Assembly: GCA_010093995.1 (NCBI GenBank)
Contig: ML992513.1
Span: forward strand, 62,001 to 126,000
DNA from: Elsinoe ampelina
Taxonomy: Eukaryota
DNA length: 64,000 bases
Direction: 5' to 3'
Shown: one piece after another, positions 1 to 13,270 of the stretch
Layout: each line of letters begins with the position of its first letter
How positions within the stretch are numbered: position 1 is the first letter of the stretch
Translations under genes and position numbers: made by a program
Notes under the pieces: generated by a model
Told to the model about the DNA's origin: nothing
Seen by the model: the letters and a program-made list of their open reading frames with translations, nothing else
Databases searched by the model: none

Positions 1-1888
1 GCTTTCGCCGTATTTGACGCGGAAGTGGTCGTGCTGGAGCGCTCGCCTCGATCTGATCGAGATCCAAGTCGATAATGACCACGTCGTCGTTTGGCAGAGT
101 CACATCGTCGAAACGCTTCTCCACCCCAATAATGTACGGGCACGGCGCCTCAAGTGCTTGGAGCAGTCGAGCAGGTATGGTCGGTATGTAAACGCCAGTC
201 CATTTGAGCGGATAGAGCAGATTGACGAGTGCAGCACAGGCAAGATGCAGCATCGAGCCATGTGACGAGAGAAAGATGATTCGGCTCTCCAAAACTGCAT
301 ACTCGAAGAGCATGACGACATTCGGTATCGATAGCGCTCGGAAAAGAGCATAGATATCAATATTCCTCGATCCAGGTAGCTCGTTGATCGCTTCTTTCCG
401 CGCATACAGCCGTAATTCTCGAATGGCGACCTCGATCTGAGTGATGGAGGTAAGCGGGCTTGGTGCTTCGACGCACATGTTGACCACGTAGCGTTCAAGT
501 GGCTGCCACATGCCGACTTTCGGGGAGCTGGCTGGCACGTTGAGGATGGCGCCGTCCGTCATAGGCACAATGACAGCTTTCAGCCATTCTTTCCAGAATG
601 CCGTCAGACCTTCATCGCGACCAATCAGTCCGTAGACTCGCGGCACCCAGAAGCCAGTCTCGCTTTCTGTGAGACCTTCGATCTTTGAAGCAGCCGCGTG
701 CCGCACAGGTCGGAGCAAATCGGCCATCATGGCTATGCGCTCCTCCAATGCACTGATATCGTCCTCCAGCTGATCTCGCTCTTCCGACTCGGATTCGAGA
801 GTTGGTAGTCTCGACAGCAGCCGTGATAACTTTGCTCTTTCTCCCGCGAGTCGCTCGCCGAGGCTGTTAGCCATCTCGCGCTCCTCGACCGTCATGTTCG
901 CTTGTCTCCAAATTTCGCATTGTTGTTCCAGCTCGTTCGCAGCGTCGACGCCTAATGGTAGCCAGAGGGTGACGGATATGTTGAAGATCCTTGAACCATC
1001 TGCCGTGGTCATTGCGAATCCATGCCAGGTCGACCTCGGTCGCTGATCCGAAGCGACTACGCTGACATCGTTGGGGAAGGCGAACATGGGGATATAGTCG
1101 GGGAAGGCGCATCGTCTCTTTGACTCCTCAGTCATGGCCTTTGTTGGGTAGCGGTCGAGGAGTACGGGCTCGTATCTCCGCTTGAGAGGATGTGTGGTCG
1201 GATCGACCTTGAAGGGTTCAGGGGTAGGTATAACAGACTTGTAGTTGCTCAGTCGCTTAGACGTGAGGACAGAAGACTGTCTGCTCGGTGTTGTGCTCCT
1301 TCTCCTGTTCATGGTCGACAGTTTCCGCCGGAGACTGCCGACTCCTCCTCTTAAACCTGCGGCACCGTTCGTGCTGTCGTCGCTCATGATCCGGATCGTC
1401 TTCGGCCGTGCCTTGGCTGCACGAGGCTGGGCGGTAGTGACGGTGCCTGCCTGGAGGTGGACATCTTCGAGAAAACTGTCTCTCTCAGTAGCGAACTTGC
1501 GCAGCGCTTGCTCAAAGTCCTCTTCGCTGAGTACATTTGCGTTTCCCGTAGTTTGAACCTTGATGGTGGTGCTACTCCTGTTGCTAGCAGGAGAAGGAGC
1601 ATCGTCTGGTAGGTTGATGATACTGCCTATACTCTTGCGCGCATCCCAGCTGTACCTCTTCGACTTTCTGGCCGGAGTCTCCGAGGTGGGTGAGCCAGGA
1701 GTACCTGGGCGTGGACTCGTTGTGGCATCAGTCACCAAGGCTCTATCCTCCTCAATTGTCGTCTCAACTGGTGGCGGACCAGCAGTGATGTTGCGTTCGT
1801 CAAATATTTGAGTTGATTCTATACCAGCGATGAAGAAATAGTCTGCGAGGGGATTTGAGGTGGAATCATCCTGAGCGGTAGGCGCCAT
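1..1888 (-). CDS. DENN (AEX-3) domain protein, putative Rab GEF; 5' part only, runs off the left edge
   Basis: Manual minus-strand translation from ATG 1888 gives MAPTAQDDSTSNPLADYFFIAGIES...KRRYEPVLLDRYP...FPDYIPMFAFPNDV (uDENN) and ...ESRIIFLSSH..LHLACAALVNLLYPLKWTGVYIPTIPARLLQALEAPCPYIIGVE (cDENN). Probably missing from the ORF track because its stop lies outside the window. Confidence 0.9.
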   Translation of the reverse strand, partial: MAPTAQDDSTSNPLADYFFIAGIESTQIFDERNITAGPPPVETTIEEDRALVTDATTSPRPGTPGSPTSETPARKSKRYSWDARKSIGSIINLPDDAPSPASNRSSTTIKVQTTGNANVLSEEDFEQALRKFATERDSFLEDVHLQAGTVTTAQPRAAKARPKTIRIMSDDSTNGAAGLRGGVGSLRRKLSTMNRRRSTTPSRQSSVLTSKRLSNYKSVIPTPEPFKVDPTTHPLKRRYEPVLLDRYPTKAMTEESKRRCAFPDYIPMFAFPNDVSVVASDQRPRSTWHGFAMTTADGSRIFNISVTLWLPLGVDAANELEQQCEIWRQANMTVEEREMANSLGERLAGERAKLSRLLSRLPTLESESEERDQLEDDISALEERIAMMADLLRPVRHAAASKIEGLTESETGFWVPRVYGLIGRDEGLTAFWKEWLKAVIVPMTDGAILNVPASSPKVGMWQPLERYVVNMCVEAPSPLTSITQIEVAIRELRLYARKEAINELPGSRNIDIYALFRALSIPNVVMLFEYAVLESRIIFLSSHGSMLHLACAALVNLLYPLKWTGVYIPTIPARLLQALEAPCPYIIGVEKRFDDVTLPNDDVVIIDLDLDQIEASAPARPLPRQIRRK

Positions 1889-3458
1889 TAAAATTTACCG
1901 TCGGTAGTGTTTATCCAAGCAGGTACAGGTAGCCCCGCGGTGATTATTTTATTACTGGGACCGACTCTTCCATGTGATTCCACCTTGGAGCAGCAATTGG
2001 GAAGCCGAGGCTAGTGAAATGTTGTTGATAGATATGGCCGTGATAGAGGTCGCAGGGATATTAGTTGTCGATATGCATGCGCTCCTTGACCAGCAGGGCC
2101 TGACGCAGGAATGTTAATCTGTGCTGATTGCGAACGACGTGGACGTGGGTTTGGAGGAGCTCAGACGGTTACGACGGGAGGCTGTTTGAGGACGAGTCAG
2201 GGCCTGGTTCGGGACTGTGAAACCAGAGGGAGTGGGAGCATTGCCGATCGAATTCTGGTTGAGGAGAACAGAGACAGAGACAGAGGTAGGAAAAGGGTAG
2301 AGAATAGTGGTTGGTAGACAAGTCAGAGGTCGTCGAGGTTCGAAGTTCCGCGTCTGTTGGTGGGGGCCTCTTTTCGGTGCCTTTGTTCTCTCTTCTTCTT
2401 GAAAAAAAAGGTTGACCCAATAATTGATCTACTGGACTCTGACCAGAGGAATCCATTTCTTCCCAATCAATGCTAGCCAGGGCCGGACAAGGTTCCGCAT
2501 GCACGTCGTTGGGCACTTGGGCATTCTCTGCCGGCATCCGCGTGTGCTCGAGCTCCCTCTAGAGGTCGCCCTAAAGCACAATCCTACCATTTCTTCGTCA
2601 CGCACTGGTCCACCACAGCCGGCCGCATGTACATGGCGCGTGCCTACGCATGAAGGACCACGGGTTGGTACAGTACGTATCTATCAAAAGTACCTGTCTA
2701 CCAGAACAAATCAATGAGGTCGTATTCCTCTCGACCATGATCACCACATCTGTCTCGCATTGATTGCTGATCTGCACCGTCTCGGAGATCTCCCCTCCTG
2801 GTCAATTTGTCGATGAGAATGCATTTTGAGTTACTTGCGTCTTGCCCACGACGCGTCCTGGTCCGAACAGGCAGAGGGTTCCAACAAGGTTTCTCGTCGT
2901 CTGCCACATCGCGGCTTGACTCGCTCGTCACCGTGGGCCAAGTGCGCCAGCATCCTTGTCCATGCCCTAGTCCGACCGTCACATTGGAACACCTAGTTGT
3001 CTTTTTTGAGCGACTTGAGACGCTCTATCGACAGTCTTCGGGTCAGCAGAGAATCCTTCTACATTCTGGCTTCTGTCGCCCTGAATCATCTCGCACAGAG
3101 TAGAGCCTAAATCTTCATATCTTGAACAATTCTAGACTTTGAGCAAGGTTTGTGGCGGGATGGAAATCGAAAGAGCTTAGATCAGCCACACTGCAAGATC
3201 CAAATCTCCGTGTTCAGCGGCTGGACCGAAGCACGAGGGAAAGTGCTCCATACCGCCTAATGTCATGCAGGTACCCGTCTCTTTATCATTGTACATACTT
3301 ATCCAAAATGACCAAACTACTGGAAATGTCTATCAGCCAGCCGATCTGCCCACGCTAAGTCATCGTAACCTTCTCAATCCACGCAAGGCAGTCAAGGACG
3401 GTAGTTGGGCGGGTCATCAACCTCATCTCATTCATCATCTACAACATCCAATCACCAT

Positions 3459-4814
3459 CTACTTGCACTGATTCGGATACTGATACGTCCCCCCAGGCGT
3501 GGGAAATATCCCCTCCTTCACCAACCTCAACGCATCCCACTCTCCCGCCCCCTCGGTCTTGAAATTCCAAAACACCCATCCCCTCGTGTACTTCTCAAAC
3601 TCCTGCATCTGCACCTCGATATACTTCCTAGTCTGCTTCCTCATCGCCTGACTCCACGTACTGATGTCGCTCTTACCCTGGCACGATCCCACATACTTAC
3701 CCGTCTGGCCCGGCGGGGTATACGTATTGTCGTACCTCGCGCCGCGCTCGAACCCATTCAGCCACGTCGCGCAATCCGTCATGGCGCCCGACCACTCGCC
3801 GATGATGGTCCATTTGTCGACGCTGTTGTACTGGTCGACGGCTTTGCAGACTTGTTGCCGGTGTTGCGCGGGCGTCATGCCGATGAGATTGGGGTCGAAG
3901 ACTTGGTATTCGTGGTGGTCCATGGCGGCGTTTTGTGCCCCGTTGTCCGAGGGCGTGAGCATGCCGTTCCAGTAGGAAGTCACGCGGAAGGCGTCGGACA
4001 TTACCACCACGCGGTTGGCCAAGTAGTCGCGTTGTTGGTAGAAGCCGTCGTAGTAGAACTGCCGGAGGTAGGCGTCGTCGATTTTGGTGTAGAGGGGTTC
4101 GTTGAGGAGTTCGATGCCGAGAATCACGTCGTCGTAGCTGGCTGCGCCGTACTTCCTTTGGATCTTTTTCAGGACCGCCCGGGTGCGTTTGGCTTCTGGG
4201 TCGGCTTGTTGCCAGCCGGGATTCTCGCGTCTTCGGCCGGAGTTGTCGAAGCCGTTCTGGCTGCCCGGTGCACCGTGGAGGTCGATCAGGACTTTGAGAT
4301 CTACTTGACGAGCCCATCCGATCTGGAAGCATGTCAGTCCTGCACATGTATGACTAGTGGGAAGCTGCACTAACCAATTTGTCGACATACTTGGCTTGCC
4401 CTTTGATGTACGGCGTGTTCTTGTTGTCGTATGCCCAGAAACCGATTGGGAGGCGGACCATATTGAAACCCGCTGCCTTGATTTGTCGCATGTCCTTGAG
4501 CGTCACCCATTCATCCCAGTGCTTTTGCAGAATCGTCTTGGCCTGCGCTGGCCTCTTCTGTGTCAAGGTGAATTCATCCACAATTCCGGTGCCCTTGAAA
4601 GGGTTGAAGATGGACGGCCGAATCTACGCTTGGAGTCAGCACCATTGAAGATTCTAAGGCGTTAATCTGTGCCTACCCATGGCTCAAGCACCAACCAACC
4701 TCCCAGATTGACACCTCGGATCTTGGTGTTGCCATCAATGAAGGACACCTGGTTTGATTGAGCCGCCACCGCGGCAACGCATGTCGCGATCGTGGTCAGC
4801 AGGCTCACATGCAT
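3459..4814 (-). CDS. Secreted GH5 exo-beta-1,3-glucanase (EXG1-like), 3 exons: 4814-4677, 4623-4375, 4322-3459
   Basis: Signal peptide MHVSLLTTIATCVAAVAA. Motifs IRGVNLGGWLVLEPW, GFNMVRLPIGFWAY, IDLHGAPGSQNGFDNSG, IELLNEP (acid/base), DHHEYQVF, IIGEWS (nucleophile), GWVFWNFKTE. GT..AG introns at 4676-4624 and 4374-4323. Confidence 0.95.
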
Positions 4815-5322
4815 CTTGAATGCTCGAGATAGAAGAGAAGAGGCTGATCCGACAGCCCCGTCTGGCGTGGCGACTTTTTAAGAATGCCATGTGAGGGGGA
4901 AAGTCGTTTCGCGAACGGAGATACTATCAATTTCGCGAGATGAGGAACGCGCAACGGTCGTTTGCGGACACCATCTACATGGGACCTACGGGAATGTGTG
5001 CGGACGAGACATATATAACCAGCATCTTTCCACATTGTCGCAGTCATCGGATTGGATATCTGAGTGGACAACAACAGCGCCTTTGCTACGGTGAGGGGCA
5101 TCTCACTCGCGCGTGGAATGTCCGGTGCGTCGCGAAAATGGTACCAAAGGGATGTCCAACGGCTGCTCCATCGCGCCGCTGAAAGGTTCACACTGATGCC
5201 GGAAACGTGGTAGTTTTAAGTAAGGCCGATAAGAGCAGCTCAGGAGACTTTGGTTCGATAGCCTGGAAAGAGTGTAGAGATAGGTGGAGTGATGATGTGA
5301 GACTGAACTGTTCGCGCCCCGC

Positions 5323-5581
5323 TGTCAACCGAGGCATAAGCTGGAGCGCCAAGAAGACCCTGATTCAGTTCATCCCAAGGTTAAACTGAACACTTATCCA
5401 CTACTCTACTAATTCATGATCAAATTAAATGGTTAGTGTCTTAATCTGTTGTTACTTAGGAGTTCTATTAATTTATCTATCTCTTAGTTTATTAGGTTAA
5501 GTATTTATATAGTTATAATCTACCTTAGTTTAGTAGATTAGGTAGTAATTAATTCTTTTTCCTCCCCTATATAAGTTAATA
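5323..5581 (+). repeat. Copia 5' LTR
   Basis: Colinear with 41175-41433; the differences seen are C/T and G/A transitions. Confidence 0.95.
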
Positions 5582-5749
5582 GTTATAAGCCTAGTATAAC
5601 TACCCCTATACAAGTATATTACTTTGTTACTTTCCTACTCTATTTATTAGTTAATTCTCTACTATCTCGCTTTTTAAGTATTAGAATCTATTAAGAACTA
5701 CCTTAACTATAACTATAGGATTTAGGTATTAATAAAGGGATAAACAACT

Positions 5750-6512
5750 ATAGATACTAACACCTTAATAGCTAGAACACCTATTATTCTTACTACATTA
5801 GCTAAATAGGCTAGCTAGCTATATATTATTAAGATAAGAGCATTAAATACTAAGATATAGAACCTTATTAATCCCTAGAAGACTATTAAACTAGAAGGGC
5901 TCCTTAAGCCTTAGAGGCTAGAAGTAGCAAATATTAACTTCTTAGTACTCTTCTAGATATATAAGGAGAAATAAGTATAATATAATAAATAGTATAAGGC
6001 CTTAGCTAATTTAGCTAGCCTTATCTAGTTATTAATTACACTATAAGTTCTTACTATTATCTAACTAGAAGGAGATTCTTATCTCTAGGCTATTCTTAGA
6101 GTATTAAAGAACAGATTTACTCTATCTAATATAGCTATTTAGCTTAAGGTTAAAGCACTTTAGAGGAAGTAGCTATCTAGTTCTTCCTTATAGAATATAG
6201 ACTATTAGCTTTAGTAATAGGAAGAGGTTATAGATAAGGCTAGGAACTATAATCTACTAGAAGCTTAAGGCTTAAGGCTATAGAGAGACTTCTTACTCTC
6301 TATCTTAAAGACTAAACTAGTATTTGCTAATAAGTACCTTATTAATCTAGATTTACTAACTCTACTAACTATGCTTAAACTAATTACTAAGTTTAGATAG
6401 TTTTATAAACTCTATAAGCTATATAGCACTATAAAGGCTAGTAAGGGGGCTATAGCCTTCCCTATAGCTACTAAGGATATTCTTTATAAGAAACCTAGTC
6501 TCTCTAGAGAGC
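5750..6512 (+). pseudogene. Copia gag N-terminal part (RIP-mutated), interrupted by the Gypsy insertion
   Basis: De-RIP reading MDTNTSTARTPIILTTSAEWASWLHIIKTRALNTKIWNLIDP, typical of fungal Copia gag starts; many TAG/TAA stops. Confidence 0.75.
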
Positions 6513-6743
6513 TATTAGAGGTAGATTATATCAATACTAGTGAGTATATATAATAATTAACTTGTAGTAGTATAAGGATAGCTCTCGATTAGTAGTACGA
6601 ATAATACTTAAGGAAACTATCTTCCTCTACTAGTACGTAGCAAGATTAGAGCCTATACGTATAGGCTATCTAAAGCTAGCTAGACTCTAGATCCTTACAC
6701 CTAATTAGAAGCTTATACCTTATCCCTAAAAATCCCTATAATA
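6513..6743 (-). repeat. Gypsy 3' LTR
   Basis: Direct repeat of 13271-13501. Confidence 0.95.
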
Positions 6744-7105
6744 TTACCTCCTTCTCTAAGCTAATGTCCTTAGTAGCTAGCCTCGATAAAAATCTATTAG
6801 CCTTTATAACTATTATAGAAAAAGAGTATCTAGTATTGCTACTTTATCTACTTATATCCCTTATATAATTTTTGCATAGTCCGTATACAATTAGTAAGGT
6901 TATTATAGCTTTATTACTTCTAGAAAGGTAGGTGATATATACTTTATTTAGGCTTTATTTAGGATTTTTGCCTCCTAGGCCCTTAGTACTAGAACTGCCT
7001 TTGTTATATAGGATAACAATAATAACATAGCTAGAATATATTTCTATAACGCGCCTATACTTCTTAACTTCCTTAATAACACTTATTATATATACTACAC
7101 CTTCT

Positions 7106-8210
7106 TTGCCTATTATAGTCGCCTTTAGTAGACTAATATATATTAGCTCTACTATTCTTAGTTACGCCTATAACTATACTTTCCGCTGCCGAGTTACCTA
7201 TAATATAACTACGCCCTATACGCCGACTTATATACGCTATATATACAAGATTATAAAGTATAGTATAATTTATAGTAGGCTAGACCTTAAGAGATGTAAC
7301 TACTGTACTAGAGGCAATAGATCTTTCTATACCCTAGTAAGGACTTTACTAAGTAATACTCTCCTATAATATTACTAATATACTTAGGTTCCTATCGTAT
7401 TTAATAGTTACGTTAAGCGCGTATACTAGTTCTATAATACTTATATCTAGGCTATTAATACTAGCACCTTTCCTAGGAATAGGAGAAGCTAAGACTCTAC
7501 TATCTAGTATATAGGCTTAGCTCTTATACGCGCCTAGTATACCCTTACCTAGTAGCTTAAGCATTATAGGCATATTATAGCTCTTAGAGGAAATCCCTTA
7601 GAAATGCTAACTAAGGTACCTAAGTCTAGCTCTAATATAGAGAGGCTATAGCTATTAGAGTAGAGGAGGATTACTAATGTCCTAGAATAGATAGCTATTT
7701 AGTAGTTTAGCTATGTAAGTTTATACTCTACTTACTTCTAGTTTATATACTAATAGCTAGAATAGCCTAGTCCTCTTAGGTTTAGTAGTAGTACTCCTAG
7801 TAGTAGGCCTTACCTATACTTTAGGCCTAGTAGTAGTCCTAGAGGTAGTAGTAGTAGTAGAGGTAGAGGTAATAGAGGTAATAGTAATAGAGGTAATAGT
7901 AGCGAGGGTAGTAGTATAAGTTTACACTTGCCTATTACCTACATTGTATACTAACATTATAGCTAGGGTAGTAGAGGTAGTAATAATAGAGATAGGGATA
8001 GCCCTAGCCCTAATAGAGATAGAGAGAGTAGGGAGAATAGAGATAATAAGGATAGTAAGGAGTTTAGTAGTTTAAGTAATAAGGATACTAATAACTAAAT
8101 AGACGTAGTATAATCGCTACTATATATTATGTTAATCGCTTACTAATAGTATAGCTAGGATAAAGAGGATAACTTAGATGTTGTTATTAATAAGAATAAG
8201 AATAATAAGT
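7106..8210 (+). pseudogene. Antisense, intron-containing Cys-rich (Zn-cluster-like) gene inside the Gypsy 3' region
   Basis: RCNYCTRGNRSF survives RIP; de-RIP gives roughly C-x2-C-x9-C-x6-C-x2-C-x7-C. Intron-like GT..CTAA(C/T)..AG stretches at 7337-7387, 7715-7760, ~7914-7962 and ~8106-8157. Gly- and Asp/Glu-like low-complexity tail. Confidence 0.55.
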
Positions 8211-8499
8211 AGTTATCGCACTTATCGCTTATAGGTTAGCTATATAAAGTATATATAGTATAGGTGTTTCTAGCGTTGTTCTTACGAAGATACTAGGCTA
8301 AAGAGCTATAGATAGAAATAGATAGTCTTAATCCTTAAGCTAATGTTCCTATTAAAGTTATAAAGCTAAAGTCTCTAGTACTAAGTATCTTATTATAAGT
8401 ATATAACGGTATTACTATAAGTTATCTACTATCTACTACTAAGTTACTTATTCTTCTCTTAACTCTAGCTATACTTACTACTTTCTCTAAACTCCCTTA

Positions 8500-11400
8500 A
8501 TAAGTCGTCTATCTCCTTAAAGTCCTCTTCCTTTATCTATAAGCTCTTAGTCTTATTATACCTTTCCTACTTAAGTAGATATTCCTTCTTCCCTATATAT
8601 ATAGTACGCTTTATAAGAATCTTCTCTATATACTAAACTTATTCTCTATCTTCTACTAACTCTAGGGCTCTTATATTTAGTAATTCTTCCCCTTCCCTAG
8701 GGTAAAAGAGCTCTAGAAGAGATATATAAAATATATTATATATATAATAAGAGCTTAGTAGCTATAGGCGATATACCTAAGAGTTAATTACTTTCTTAAT
8801 ATAAAATAGACTTACGAATTTGTCTATTAGCTTCCTACTTAGAGCTTTAAGCTTAAGGTTCTTTATATTTAGCTATACTAAGTCCTTTAGCTTAAACTTT
8901 ATTAAGGTGTACTTCTTGTTATAGTACTAAGTTTAATACTTAGCTATAGCCTTTAAGCGCTCTTAAAGATTTACTTATAGTATATATATGTTTTATACTT
9001 ATTGTATAGCTACTAGTACTTCCCCCTCTAGCTACTTATCCTTAGGTAGGTTATAGAAGATTAGGTGCTTTTCTAGAACAATAAAGAACGAAGTTTCCTT
9101 TATTACTATATATATCGAGTTATTATATATAAATTCGGCTATATAAAGCAAATTTAGCTAATCTTTAGAATGCTCTCCTATAAATACTTAGAGGTAGTAT
9201 TCGAGTGTCTAATTCTAGCGTTCTATTTGCCTATCGGTTTATAGATAGAAAGCTATACTTAACCTACGCTTTACCTATAGTTAATAGCAAATTTCAGTCT
9301 AGAACTAGCTTATAAATAGAGATTCTCTATCTAATATAATTCCTTTCTATACACTGTATTTACAAATTATATACTTAAAATAGACATCTATAAAGTCCTT
9401 TATAGTCTATGTCTCCTTAGCTACAATGTAGATTACTAGCTTTAATAATCTATTATAGATTACTAAGATTGTGTTATATATGCTACTATTGTATATTATA
9501 GAGGAAAGCTTTATAATAAAGTCTAGTATAACTTCTTTAAAGATATTAGAAGGAATAGGTAGAGATAATAGCTTACTATATAGTATATACCTTAGTGCCT
9601 TTAACCTTTAGCACGTGCTATATGTCTTAATATACTTACGCACTTCCTAATCTAATAATAGCTAGTAGTAGTGTCTACTAATTAGATTATATATTCTTAT
9701 AGCGCTATAGTAGCTAGCTATACGAGAGTTATAGTGTTAATATAAGATTTCTTATCTTAGACTTAGTTTATTAGAAATATAGAGCCTACTCTTATATATA
9801 AGAGTTCTATCTTTATATTTGTACTATACTAGTAACTTCTTACTACTTCGGGTGTACTTTTCCTACTCTAGATCGGCTATATACTTTAAAGCAAAAGTGT
9901 CCCTCTACTAAAGTATATAGATAGTCTATAATATTAAAGTATCCCCTACTAATGTAAGTTCGCTAGTAACGAGCACTCTTACTAGATAGCGTAGTATATA
10001 TAGTATATATTTTATAGTACTAGCGGTTAGGCTAGATCTACGTTTATAGGTCGTAGGCTATTAACCTACAACCTCTAAGCTATACTCGGGGGTAAAGCTA
10101 ATTCTACCGACAAGTTATACCCTTATAGTAACTAGATCTAATCCTAGTTTACTTACTAAGTTTAGCTTATATTATAAGGTAGAGAGTAATCTTATAAGCG
10201 CGTAGTTCTCCTTAAAGTAGTCTACTCTTCTTAAGGGCCTATTAGCTAGATTTAACTTACTAGGGTAGTACTAGACTTTAAAGTTAAAGGCTCCTAGGTA
10301 GGACGCCTATTGCGCCTAGCGCGAGTTAAGCTTACTTACGTCGTATATGCCTTATAGGTTGTTATAGTCACTTAGAACCTATATAGTATACTAAGTGCCC
10401 TTAAGGTAGTAACGCTACTACTTAAAGCAATAGATAATTACGTATAGTTCTTAGTTATATACCTCCTAGATGCGCTCTGCTCCCTAAAGCTTCTTAGAGA
10501 TAAAGGTAACTAGGTGTTATTTCTTATCTTTATATAGCTAGGAGAGAATACCTACTACTATAAAGGTCGATATATCTGTCTCTAGGTATATCGGTAGCTA
10601 GGGGTTAAAATGTTATAGTAAAGGCGCTTCTATAAAGTACGCTTTAAGCTAAATAAAGCTAGCTTCTATAGCTTCTAGCTATATAAAGGTAGATTACTTC
10701 TTCTTTAAGAGATCTATTATAGGGACTATTAGTTTTATATAATTCTAAATAAATCTATAATAGAAGTTAGTAAAGCTAAGGAATAACTAAAGCTTCTTAA
10801 CGCTAGTTAGTCGAGGCTATCTAGAGATAGTTACTACTTACATAGGATTAGCATAGACACCTCGCGTGTCTATAATAAACCCTAAGAAGAACATCTACTT
10901 TATAGTAAAGGTGTACTTAGATAGGTTTATAAACAGTTTAGCCTACCTTAACTATTTAAGAATAGCACTTACTACTTGCTAGTAGGCATCTAGATCTTCG
11001 CTATAAGTATAGATAAGAATATTATCTAGGTATACTATATATAGATAGTCTACTAATCCTTTAAGAGTCTAGTTAATATAGGCCTAGAAGGTAGTAGGCG
11101 CGTTAGTAAGCCTAAAAGGCATAACTAGGTATTTAAAATAGCTATAACATATTCTAAAGGTAGTCTTCTACTTATCTCCTAGGCTAATATAGATTCTATT
11201 ATAAGCATTTTTTAGATCTAGAGTTATATAGTAACATACGCCTAATAGGTAGTCTAGCGTCTTACTAATTAAGGGAAGTAGGTAGTAATCCTTTATAGTA
11301 ATAGAGTTAAGGCCCCTATAGTTAATATATAAACGAAGGGTACTATCCTTCTTTAGTATAAATAGAATAGGTGCCTTTACTAAGCTTATACTATAATAAA

Positions 11401-13240
11401 TCTAGCTCTTCTTAAGTGTATCTTCGAGGTATAATTATAGCACCTTAAGCTTATATATAGAGAGGTTATAGAGCGGGCTATAAGGTAGCTTCTTGCCTAG
11501 TAGAATAGGAATTTAATAATCTTCTTCTTTAGTAGTAGGTAGGATTTTAGCAGTATTAGTATTAAAGACGTCCTAGTAGTCTAATAATACATCTAGTACC
11601 TAATTTTTCTAGGAGACACTAGCGATTTAGACGCGGGTAATAACTTTCTTACCTTAGAGGTTACTACGAACTACGCCTAAGAAGTATATATAGCTCTCCT
11701 CTTGTTCTAGCTACTAGATTGTTACTATCTAGATACGTAACTTGTCTTTAATGCTCTAAGCCTAAGTCTACTATCTATAGTCTAGCTATATAGCTTCTCT
11801 TTATAAGAAGGAGTTACCTAAGAGTAGCTCTAGCTCTTCTTTATCTACTCTATAGGTAATAGTTTTAACCTAGTATATCGCGCCTTAGTTATTAGTAAGT
11901 ACTACCTATATCTCGTATATAGTATATATAGCTTTCCTTTCTAACCCTACCTAGGCTAGTTAAGGTAGGTTACTTAGTACTAAGTTAAGGTTTATCTTAA
12001 TTACTATATGCTAGCTAATAAGGCTAACCTCTACTTAAGGATCTAAGATAACTCCTACCTTATAGTTAACTCTAGTCGCTTCTATTACAATATAGATATA
12101 ATATATCTCTAGTAAAATATTAATAGCTCTACGCCTTATAGTTCCGGAGGTAACTATAAGGCTCGGCCTTTTCTCTAGGCCTGTCTTATACGAGTAATAG
12201 GCTCCTTATTAGCGTCTAAGAGTTAGGCTTTCTTTCTATACTTGTTTACGTAGTAGCCTATCTTCTTATAGAAGTAGTATTTAACTTCTAACTTATAGGA
12301 GAAGTCTTTCTTAGGGGCTAACTCCTCTTTATATTAATCCTCGCGTTGTAGCTTTTAGCTATATCTAGCTAAGTAATTATAATAGTTCTATAGCTTGCCT
12401 ATGCTCTATAGGTTATACTCTAGCGTAGATTCTAAGATAATAAGACCTTCTCTTATTAGAGGTATAGTATAGTAGTTTATAATTGCTTACTAAAGTTTAG
12501 AGCGGAGTTTTAAGAACAAGTACTATATATAGTACTTCTCTAAGTAGAGGAGTAGCTAGTTCTTAATTGTTTCTAAATAGGTAGCGAAGGCTCTAATACT
12601 TTATCTAGAAAGTTATAGCGTAGTAGCATACGTAGTAGTTACTTCTAGAGTATAATTAATAGGATTAGAAAGTATATCTAGTAGAAAGGTCTTAAATTAG
12701 CCCTAGGTATATAATTTTATAAGCGGCTTATACTCTATATAAGAGTACTATACTTCGTATAGGTCTCCTATAAGATACTAGCTTACCTAAGTAACCTTCT
12801 CTTATTCTAACTAGAAGTTCTCTAGAGTAAGCTAGAAGGCTATCTTATAGCTCTAAGTAAATTCCTTATGTTTCCTTAGGTATTTCTCTTTATATTCCCT
12901 AGGATCCTTTAGCCTTATACTACGCTTCGTACGCGAAGGTTCTACATCTTAAGAGGCATAGCGCTTATAACTTTAAGCTACTAATCTTGTTCCTATATCG
13001 CTTTAGATCTTAATACTGTCCGGATTTGCTTCTCTCTTAAGGAGAGCAATTTGTTTCTCGATCTATTAGAGAGTTTATTCCTATAGGAGATAATCCCTTT
13101 ACTATTCTATATCGTAGATATACTTCTCGAGCGAGACAGTCGCTACTAGCAGTTCTCCCGGAGTAGTTATAGAGGTTCCTATACCCTCCTTATTGCTAAT
13201 AGAGCCTAACTATGTCCTTATAATAGCTATTCTTAGACTA
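8500..13240 (-). pseudogene. Gypsy gag-pol (zinc knuckle, PR, RT, RNase H, integrase, chromodomain), RIP-mutated
   Basis: De-RIP motifs: CCHC knuckle ~12238-12280; [29 protein letters not shown] ~11085-11170; VYLDDI ~11020-11037; LETDAS ~10570-10590; integrase HHCC ~9610-9740; chromodomain-like VEKIL...YLLKWKGY ~8555-8650. Confidence 0.9.
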
Positions 13241-13270
13241 CTTTCTAAGTAGAGTAAGGAAGTATTATTA

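Noticed and set aside
1900..3450. Short ORFs between the DENN and GH5 genes, and similarly at 58000-59000 and 60100-61200
   Set aside because: No coding bias or motifs; they look like UTR and promoter sequence with pyrimidine- or purine-rich tracts.
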